64,000 nt of DNA, taken from positions 72,880 to 136,879 of IMG/VR virus record IMGVR_UViG_2823592041_000002; one strand, 5' to 3'. The stretch is from a virus. Taxonomy: Duplodnaviria > Caudoviricetes. A program made the translations under genes and the position numbers. Shown piece by piece: positions 20,191 through 27,446 of the stretch. Each line of letters starts with the position of its first letter. Position 1 is the first letter of the stretch. The notes below the pieces were generated by a model, which saw only the letters and a program-made list of their open reading frames with translations, ran no database searches and was not told the origin of the DNA.

Positions 20191-20250
20191 AAAATCTAGG
20201 TTTAAGTGTGAAAGCGAAAAAACCTATTAACGTTTAACGCAAAGGATAAA
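20191..20250 (+). repeat. 60-bp direct repeat, copy C
   Basis: Identical to 19936-19995; directly precedes ATG 20253. Confidence 0.95.
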
Positions 20251-20252
20251 TT

Positions 20253-21377
20253 ATGACGAATGTTAAATTTTTAACTTTTACGGATGCAGAATTTGAATCG
20301 TACATTGACGGTCCGTATGTAAAAAAGCTTTGGGATAGATACACCAGTCTTATGGATTTCAAGGACTGTATTCCCGATTTGGAGGATTCGGAACTTGTAA
20401 AGATTTATTGGATGTCTAAGGACACAATATTGGAAGATTCCCATCTACATAGTACAGTTTTCAGACAAGCTTGTATTCGAGATGAGGATGTTGCAACCAA
20501 TGAAAGTAGAGTCGCAACTCTACGTGGCTCGTTTATTAGATCTGGATGGAGTCCAAATCCAGAAGAATCTATGCCTATCGTCGCATCCGATGGGCCAGGA
20601 ACCCCATTAGAGTTTCAAGAGGGTCGAGGAAGAGTTCAGGCTAATATTGAGGGTGAAACACCTCAAGGTTGGATACCTGTTGCAGAGTTTAGAAAAAATA
20701 ACCTAATACGAGATTCTCTTACCAACAGTTTAAGATATGGTTTTTTAACCAATATAGTTGATAAACCAAAAACTGGTGCAAAGATGGATGACTACGTACC
20801 AGCTCTTATGAAAGCAATTAAAGCTGGTGTCGTGAATGAAAACTTGGAAGATGTGAAAAAATACCTGATAAATGAGTTATTGTTTTCAAAAGTGTTTCCT
20901 CACACTGCATCCGCAACCAAAACAGCTAAAAAAGCTTTGAAGAGAAAATCTGAGTCTGAGTTCGTTTTAGAAAGGATGGAACTGGATGATGTTAAAGTTT
21001 GGGGTTCACGAAACCCTAAAATAAAAAATCTATCTGGTAAAGTATTTTACATTCGTTCCAACAGTAGAAAGGCTTTAAATTCTGCCTTGGAAGAAATTTT
21101 ACATTACTTGCTTAACAATCCTTATGAACATGTTAATATTGTGTTCTACACAACTGAGATAGTATACTCAAAAGCGAAAGAAGAAGTTCAGAAAGCTCAA
21201 AAACGAGTTGATGATTGGTGGAATAACTTTCATAAAGTTGCTTTTGCGAGTTTCTTTAGTGGTTCTAACCTTGTAGTCATTCCAGAAGCTAGGTACACTA
21301 TTTTGGGATGTGTTCCTCAATTTGTACTTAAACATGATATTAATGGGAACTCATTAGTCCCAATTAAACAGTACTAA
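20253..21377 (+). CDS. Hypothetical protein with possible ParB/Srx-like N-terminal domain
   Basis: RQ..IR...RV.TL..SF..SGW...MPIV...EGRGRVQA resembles the ParB-N pattern (G...PI.V...DGxxR). Confidence 0.45.
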   Translation: MTNVKFLTFTDAEFESYIDGPYVKKLWDRYTSLMDFKDCIPDLEDSELVKIYWMSKDTILEDSHLHSTVFRQACIRDEDVATNESRVATLRGSFIRSGWSPNPEESMPIVASDGPGTPLEFQEGRGRVQANIEGETPQGWIPVAEFRKNNLIRDSLTNSLRYGFLTNIVDKPKTGAKMDDYVPALMKAIKAGVVNENLEDVKKYLINELLFSKVFPHTASATKTAKKALKRKSESEFVLERMELDDVKVWGSRNPKIKNLSGKVFYIRSNSRKALNSALEEILHYLLNNPYEHVNIVFYTTEIVYSKAKEEVQKAQKRVDDWWNNFHKVAFASFFSGSNLVVIPEARYTILGCVPQFVLKHDINGNSLVPIKQY

Positions 21378-21384
21378 TGCCATT

Positions 21385-21417
21385 GAGAGAGTGATCAACT
21401 TGATCACTCTCTCTTTT
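21385..21417 (+). terminator. Rho-independent terminator closing the RHH/ParB-like cassette
   Basis: Perfect 13-bp stem GAGAGAGTGATCA-ACT-TGATCACTCTCTC followed by TTTT. Confidence 0.8.
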
Positions 21418-21532
21418 ACTAGCCTTTTAATTAATAGTGTCATTTCTAATAGGCATAATTCTTGATATTTCACCCTCAAATATAGTATAATAGAATATAG
21501 TGAGAGACTAAATAGTTAGTGAGAGTTTTGAA

Positions 21533-22813
21533 ATGAGTTATTCTATACGAAAATATTTGAAAGAAGATGTCCTTGTTGAAGCAAAAGTAAACAAGAATTT
21601 ACATCTTGAACACCTTGAAGACAATCCACTCAATTTTGGTTATACTGGAATATCTAAAACAATAGATTTCCTAAACGCAACTATTGGTTTATTGTCTGGT
21701 TCTGCAAACAAGAGTGTTGATGTCACTGTCAAATATGATGGTGCTCCTGCAATATTCTGTGGTACTGACCCAGAGGATGGTAAGTTTTTTGTTGGAACCA
21801 AATCAGTATTCTCCAAGAATGCTAAACTTGTTAAACGGGAGTCCGATTTAGACAAATATGGGTTCTCTGGACAACTCAAAGACAAACTATCCATTGCTCT
21901 CAAAGAACTCCCTAAATTGGGTATTGAAGGGGTCTTACAGGGTGATATGATGTTCACATCTGATGACATCACAACCAAAAAGATAAATGGTGAACCTTAC
22001 ATCACCTTTCAACCAAATACTATCATGTATGCTGTTCCTAGCAATTCTGATCTTGCTTCTAAAATGTTGAAGTCTAAAATCGGGATCATCTTTCATACTA
22101 CATATTCTGGTGATAAACTGGAAGACATGAAAGCATCTTTTGGTGCTAATGTTTCAAAATTGAACAAAGTCAGCTCAGTTTGGGTTGATGATGCATTTTA
22201 TAAAGATGTAACTGGATCACTTTTCTCTGAAAAAGAAACTTCCGATTTAGAGAAAAAGATTGCTAAACTCCAAAGAGTTGGTAATGCTATTAGTAAGAAG
22301 TCTATGAATAATATTCTTTCCGTTCACGATGAATTGAAAACTTCTGAACTTGGTGCTGGATTGAAAACATATTTCAACTCAAATGTTAGAAGAGGTATTT
22401 TGCCAAAGTCTGGTGTTACTGGAGTGAATAACTTCCTTATTCATTTTGGAAATCATTTTGAAGATAAAGTTATCGCAAAAGTAAAACAAGAAAAGACAAA
22501 GAATCAGAAGAAGGAAAGAAAACAACAACTCCTAAACCTTCTAATCAAGGAAAAAGTTGCACTAGCTAACCTATTAGAATTCATGTTATTGACGATAGAT
22601 TTGAAGAACTCTGTGATAAGAAAATTAGAAACAGGAGTTAATTCTAAAATGGAAACTTTTGTAGTTGATAATAAAGGTATCCGAGTTACAAAACCAGAAG
22701 GATTTGTTGCTATTGATAAACTATCTGGTGGTGCTGTAAAGTTCGTTGACAGACTTGAATTCTCCCAATTAAATTTCACAGTTGACAAGAACTGGTCTAA
22801 AGTCTCATCGTAG
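21533..22813 (+). CDS. Putative ATP-dependent RNA ligase-like covalent nucleotidyltransferase (Rnl2-type motifs) with capsid-targeting-like N-terminus
   Basis: Motif I VKYDGA, III LQGDMMF, IV PEGFVA, V AVKFV; N-terminus MSYSIRKYLKE. Confidence 0.6.
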   Translation: MSYSIRKYLKEDVLVEAKVNKNLHLEHLEDNPLNFGYTGISKTIDFLNATIGLLSGSANKSVDVTVKYDGAPAIFCGTDPEDGKFFVGTKSVFSKNAKLVKRESDLDKYGFSGQLKDKLSIALKELPKLGIEGVLQGDMMFTSDDITTKKINGEPYITFQPNTIMYAVPSNSDLASKMLKSKIGIIFHTTYSGDKLEDMKASFGANVSKLNKVSSVWVDDAFYKDVTGSLFSEKETSDLEKKIAKLQRVGNAISKKSMNNILSVHDELKTSELGAGLKTYFNSNVRRGILPKSGVTGVNNFLIHFGNHFEDKVIAKVKQEKTKNQKKERKQQLLNLLIKEKVALANLLEFMLLTIDLKNSVIRKLETGVNSKMETFVVDNKGIRVTKPEGFVAIDKLSGGAVKFVDRLEFSQLNFTVDKNWSKVSS

Positions 22814-22821
22814 TATAAATA
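22814..22821 (+). promoter_or_regulatory. T4-type late promoter
   Basis: Exact TATAAATA. Confidence 0.75.
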
Positions 22822-22845
22822 GTTATAAATTATTAGGAGAGTAAT

Positions 22846-23352
22846 ATGACAGTTTATAGACCTTTCACTGAGAAACTTGGAGCATCAGACCCAACAACTT
22901 TTATCGGTAATGCCGGAGAACTTTTTTACAATGCGGATACTCAACAAGTTTTCATTTCCGATGGTTCAACTCCTGGAGGTATTCCAATTGCTGGTGGTGG
23001 TGGGGTTCAATCTTCAATAACAGATGGAACAAGCACTTTATCTTTTGATAGTAATAATAGAATTTCAATAGATACTCACATTATACCAGACACTAATGCT
23101 GCTTATGATTTAGGTAACGCTGAATACAAAATAAGACACTTATTTTTAAGTGACAATAGTTTAACTATGGGTGATACAACTCTAAGTGAACAGAATATTA
23201 TCAGAAGTGTCGAAATTGGTGATGAACCAGCACCAAACGTTCCTAATGAGCCTGGGAGAAAAGGTGATATTAGGATTAGTCCTGAACACCTATATATCTG
23301 TGTTGAAGAGAATCAATGGAGAAGAGTTTCTTTAGATCCTGCTTGGGTGTAA
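22846..23352 (+). CDS. Short fibre/structural protein with Mtd-N-like N-terminus
   Basis: GELFY..DT....ISDG.TPGG, IIPDTNAAYDLG, G..GDIR....LYICV..NQWRRV.L, motifs common in phage fibres. Confidence 0.6.
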   Translation: MTVYRPFTEKLGASDPTTFIGNAGELFYNADTQQVFISDGSTPGGIPIAGGGGVQSSITDGTSTLSFDSNNRISIDTHIIPDTNAAYDLGNAEYKIRHLFLSDNSLTMGDTTLSEQNIIRSVEIGDEPAPNVPNEPGRKGDIRISPEHLYICVEENQWRRVSLDPAWV

Positions 23353-23355
23353 TAT

Positions 23356-24069
23356 ATGAAAAAGATTGTAATGATATTTGGTAGATTTAATCCACCTACA
23401 ACAGGACATGAGTTGTTAGTGGACAAGAGTTTTCGTCACGCAAAGAAACTTGGAGCCGAATACGCAATTTTTACATCTAAATCAAATGACCCAAAAAAGA
23501 ACCCACTATCCATAGATGATAAAATCAAGTTTATGAAATTATCATTCCCAAAACATAAAAACCGTATACACCATCCAGATGTTATAGGAATTAGAACACC
23601 TGCTGAAGTATTAGAATGGTTGAGTGAAAATGGATATGAAGAACTTCATTTTGTTGTTGGTTCTGATAGAGTAAAATCCTTTGAAGGGATGATAAACTCC
23701 ATGCAAAAGAAAGGGTACACAAAGTTTAAGAAAGTTGTTGTTGTATCTGCTGGAGAAAGAGATCCAGATGCTGATGATGTTTCTGGAATGAGTGCATCTA
23801 AGATGAGGGGGTTTGTTAAGAAAGGTGATTTTGATTCTTTCGCAAAAGGCACTCCCATGAATTCTAAAGATGCTAGGAAAATGTTTGATAAACTAAAAGA
23901 GGGGATGAAACTCAGTGAAAGTTATATAACTGAAGTTTTAAAACCATCTGACCCTCTTGAGAAATGGATAAAGGATTTTCTAAAATCTGATGATCCAAGA
24001 TTTGATGATAAATCAAAAGAGAAAATAATACAAATGGCTACAGCTGCATATTATGCTGCACAGGAATAA
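23356..24069 (+). CDS. HxGH-superfamily nucleotidyltransferase (cytidylyltransferase/NMNAT/PPAT-like) plus small C-terminal domain
   Basis: FGRFNPPTTGH, KNPL, VVGSDR, SAG.RDPD, MSASKMR; tail domain after LSE/ITE. Confidence 0.85.
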   Translation: MKKIVMIFGRFNPPTTGHELLVDKSFRHAKKLGAEYAIFTSKSNDPKKNPLSIDDKIKFMKLSFPKHKNRIHHPDVIGIRTPAEVLEWLSENGYEELHFVVGSDRVKSFEGMINSMQKKGYTKFKKVVVVSAGERDPDADDVSGMSASKMRGFVKKGDFDSFAKGTPMNSKDARKMFDKLKEGMKLSESYITEVLKPSDPLEKWIKDFLKSDDPRFDDKSKEKIIQMATAAYYAAQE

Positions 24070-24079
24070 GGAGAATAAG

Positions 24080-25672
24080 ATGCCAGATATAAAAGATATG
24101 GAAGGCCCTGTAAGATTTAAGAAGGGTGTTGAATTATATTTTGACCCTAAAAAAGATATGTTTTATGACCCAAAGAAGAAAAAGTATGTTTCCGAAAAGG
24201 ATATCTTAAAACTTGAAGATGTTGATTTCGATGAATTGGAAACAATAGAAGAAGGTGTATATGACCCTTCAATCTTCAAAGCTATATTTATGGCTGGAGG
24301 GCCTGGCAGCGGTAAATCTTATGTATCTAATAAAGTGACAGCTGGACTTGGAATGAAGGTTGTAAATAGTGACGACATTTTTGAGATTTTCTTGAAGAAG
24401 GCTGGAATGACTACAACAGCAAAAGATATTTTTTCTGATAAAGGTCAAGAGATTAGAGGTAATGCTAAGAGTGTCACTTCTAAAAGAATGAAACTTTATT
24501 TGGAAGGTAGATTAGGTTTGCTTATAGATGGTACTGGTAAAGACTACTCAAACATTAAAAAGAAAGCTGATAGACTTAGAGACTTAGGATATGACACTTA
24601 TATGGTTTTCGTCAATACATCTTTGGAAATCGCACAAGAAAGGAATGCTGCGAGGTCTAGAAAATTAGACCCAAAAGAAGTTGAAAAAATGTGGAGAGCT
24701 GTTCAAGAAAATATTGGATTGTTTCAGAAATATTTTGGTGCTAGAAATATGATTATTGTAGATAATAATGCTGCTGATGAGAAATATTTAACAGAAGTTT
24801 ATAAACAAGTTAAAAAATTGATAAAGAAACCTGCACAGAATAGATTAGCTAGAGATTGGATTTCTAAAGCTTTAGATGATAAAGTTAGAAAAGAGAGTGT
24901 TGAACTTGAAGAAGTTGACCTTTTTGAAAAATCTGAAGAATACCAAAAGTTCTTTCAATCTGCTTTGAAAAAGTTTGGTATAGACTCACCTGCTGAATTA
25001 GACGACGAGAAGAAAAAAGAATTCTTTGACTATATTGATAAGAATTGGGAAGGTGAGAACGAAGAGGACGAAGAAGAAACTATTGAAGAACTATCACTTG
25101 AAGAAGCAATCGCAGAAGCAAAAGAGTGGAAAGTTGGAGCTCCTGTATTCATAGTAATAAGTTATCATACTAATGGAAAACACTCCACCACAGTTCTTAG
25201 GACAAAGGAGAAAGCAATGAAGTTTGCAAAAGATGAAGAATATCATGAAGATGATGTTAAAGGAACTGCTGTTCTTGATATGAAAGTTGGAAAGTTTATT
25301 GATAAGAAGACTGGAAAGCACATCAAGGAAGACGTTGAACTTTCCGAAAAGATGCAAAAATATGTAGATGCTTGTGGGAAAGATTTCACAAACTATTCCC
25401 TCAAAGAAGGAAAGAAAGATTATGAAATTTATCATAAAACTTTCACATCCGCAATTGAAGAAGTAGAGAAGTTTGCTGAGAAGAATGGATATGAAATAGA
25501 CTCAGATGAAATGTTCAATAAAGTTGGCACTGGCCCTAAAAAACCTTCTGTCGGTAAAACTAATGAATATCATCTGACACTAATGAAAAATGGTAAAGAA
25601 GATAGAAAGAAATTACATTTTCAAGTTTATGGATTAAAATCCCAGTATGAACTGAACATGTACATCTCATAG
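24080..25672 (+). CDS. Multidomain protein with P-loop kinase domain (AAA_33/zeta-toxin/PNK-like)
   Basis: IFMAGGPGSGKS, NSDD, IDGTG, ERNAARSR lid; flanked by small domains separated by acidic I/L-x-E linkers; start at ATG after AGGAG. Confidence 0.75.
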   Translation: MPDIKDMEGPVRFKKGVELYFDPKKDMFYDPKKKKYVSEKDILKLEDVDFDELETIEEGVYDPSIFKAIFMAGGPGSGKSYVSNKVTAGLGMKVVNSDDIFEIFLKKAGMTTTAKDIFSDKGQEIRGNAKSVTSKRMKLYLEGRLGLLIDGTGKDYSNIKKKADRLRDLGYDTYMVFVNTSLEIAQERNAARSRKLDPKEVEKMWRAVQENIGLFQKYFGARNMIIVDNNAADEKYLTEVYKQVKKLIKKPAQNRLARDWISKALDDKVRKESVELEEVDLFEKSEEYQKFFQSALKKFGIDSPAELDDEKKKEFFDYIDKNWEGENEEDEEETIEELSLEEAIAEAKEWKVGAPVFIVISYHTNGKHSTTVLRTKEKAMKFAKDEEYHEDDVKGTAVLDMKVGKFIDKKTGKHIKEDVELSEKMQKYVDACGKDFTNYSLKEGKKDYEIYHKTFTSAIEEVEKFAEKNGYEIDSDEMFNKVGTGPKKPSVGKTNEYHLTLMKNGKEDRKKLHFQVYGLKSQYELNMYIS

Positions 25673-25680
25673 GAAATAAA

Positions 25681-27123
25681 ATGGATCGAATATCACAATA
25701 TAAAAAATATCTTAATAATGGAAAAGAAGATGTTGTGATAGAAGAGGAAGAAATACTCAAACCTTCTGAAATCAAAATATTAGTTCTTACATCTGCAACG
25801 GATAGTGAAGAACCTACTGTAAATAGATTGGAAAAGGTTTGTAAAAAGAGGAGTATTGAACTTCACAGGATTTCTTCTGATAAAGCTTATGTATCCAAGA
25901 AGAGTGAATCTAAAGAAACCCTGATCATTTATAATTATGATGGTGAGGGTAATTCTATGGAAGTAAACTCCAATGATAATATAGTTTGTATTGCCAGAAG
26001 AACTGTTGTAACAAACAGAAATGCTGGAATATTACATAAGATGTTATCTGATCATGGAGTTTTCTGTATTAACTCCCCAAGTAGTGTAAGAACTGCAAGC
26101 AATAAGTTTAACGCATATATCAACTTTATTAATAATGACATCAAAACACCAAGAACTTGTTTAGTGAGTGATGTGAAATACATTGACGATGCTCTCAAAG
26201 AAGTCGGTGGAAAGTTTCCTGTGATTCTAAAATTTACAGAAGGTCATGGTGGAAAAGGTGTTATGAAACTTGATTCCAGAGACAGTTTAGTTTCCGTTAT
26301 TCAAGCATTAAGAAGTGATGAAGAAAATAAAAAAGAGTTAATCCTACAAGAATATAAAGAAGTCAAAGACGATAGAAGAATTCTTGTATTAAATGGTAAG
26401 GTGATTGCTGCTGCAAAAAGAAAGAAAATGAAAAGAGATTTCAGATCAAATGTTTCTTTGGGTGCGGAAGTAGAACCTTATAAACCTACAGAGGAAGAAA
26501 TAGAGATTGCTGTTAAAACTGCAAAGTCCGTTGATTGTTATTATTGTGGTGTTGATATCATAGAATACAAAGATGAGTATTTTGTTTTAGAAGTTAATCC
26601 ATCGCCTGGCTCTAAGTCAAGTTATTGGGATTTAGATAAAAAGAAAAATATCAACGGAACCGAATTGATTGCAAAACTTGTAGATGGTATAATGGATAAA
26701 GATGACTGGAAACATGAGACAAAAGAAGTCGGAGTTATAGAGGTTGTTGATGTCTTAGAAAAGGGTATTGAGCCAATGACTGCTAAAATGGACACTGGAA
26801 ATAGTGGATATAATGTTATTGGTGTTGATAAATTACAAGTTAAAAATAAGACTGCTGAGTTTTATATAAAAGGGTTCGATAAAAAAATAACAAAAAAAGT
26901 TCTACCTAAAAAATCTTTGATTAAAAATAATGGAAGTAAGACAGAAGAAAGGTATTGTGTAAGTTTTGATATAAAGGTTGGAGAAAAGGTGTATAAAGAT
27001 GTACATTTTTCTCTTTCAGATAGAGATAATATGAATCACACAATATTGATTTCTAGAAAATTTATGATTGATTCTAAAATGAGTGTGAATCCAAAGAAAA
27101 AGTTTGTTTTAGGGGAATTATAA
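25681..27123 (+). CDS. RimK-family ATP-grasp ligase fused to C-terminal retropepsin-like (RimB-like) protease
   Basis: TPRT, FPVILK...G.GGKGV, ILQEY, FRSNVSLG, GVDII, LEVN.SPG; then AKMDTGN, ERY.V, LSDR..M...ILI.R. Confidence 0.85.
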   Translation: MDRISQYKKYLNNGKEDVVIEEEEILKPSEIKILVLTSATDSEEPTVNRLEKVCKKRSIELHRISSDKAYVSKKSESKETLIIYNYDGEGNSMEVNSNDNIVCIARRTVVTNRNAGILHKMLSDHGVFCINSPSSVRTASNKFNAYINFINNDIKTPRTCLVSDVKYIDDALKEVGGKFPVILKFTEGHGGKGVMKLDSRDSLVSVIQALRSDEENKKELILQEYKEVKDDRRILVLNGKVIAAAKRKKMKRDFRSNVSLGAEVEPYKPTEEEIEIAVKTAKSVDCYYCGVDIIEYKDEYFVLEVNPSPGSKSSYWDLDKKKNINGTELIAKLVDGIMDKDDWKHETKEVGVIEVVDVLEKGIEPMTAKMDTGNSGYNVIGVDKLQVKNKTAEFYIKGFDKKITKKVLPKKSLIKNNGSKTEERYCVSFDIKVGEKVYKDVHFSLSDRDNMNHTILISRKFMIDSKMSVNPKKKFVLGEL

Positions 27124-27126
27124 ATA
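27119..27126 (+). promoter_or_regulatory. T4-type late promoter
   Basis: Exact TATAAATA overlapping the upstream stop. Confidence 0.7.
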
Positions 27127-27158
27127 AACTTATAAAAGTTTTATAAAAGGAGAATAAA

Positions 27159-27410
27159 ATGAGTGGATGGTCAAATGAAGACGGCGCAAAAAAACCTAGT
27201 TACTTAACAGATGATGAGAAAGCAAGATGCTATTGTGATGATAGAGGTTGGGTTTTAGTCCATCTAGATGGTACTGAAGAAGTGTTGGTTTCTGCTAACA
27301 GTTTGAATAATACAGATGAAAAGGGTCATGGATTTGATGAAACATCTGGTGATTCTTTAGATCCAGATAGAGACCCAGCACATGCAGAAAAAGATAATCA
27401 ATTATCATAA
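27159..27410 (+). CDS. Small virion protein; paralogue of the N-terminal domain of the next gene
   Basis: RCYCDDRGWVLVH.DG.EEV.V.AN.LN...E.GHGF shared with the 27447 ORF. Confidence 0.75.
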   Translation: MSGWSNEDGAKKPSYLTDDEKARCYCDDRGWVLVHLDGTEEVLVSANSLNNTDEKGHGFDETSGDSLDPDRDPAHAEKDNQLS

Positions 27411-27446
27411 AAAATATTAAAAAATAAATTCAAATAGAGGTGTAAA

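Noticed and set aside
19936-20250. Direct repeats as a CRISPR mini-array or IS ends
   Set aside because: Only two exact 60-bp copies, separated by 195 bp holding a gene; no cas or transposase gene
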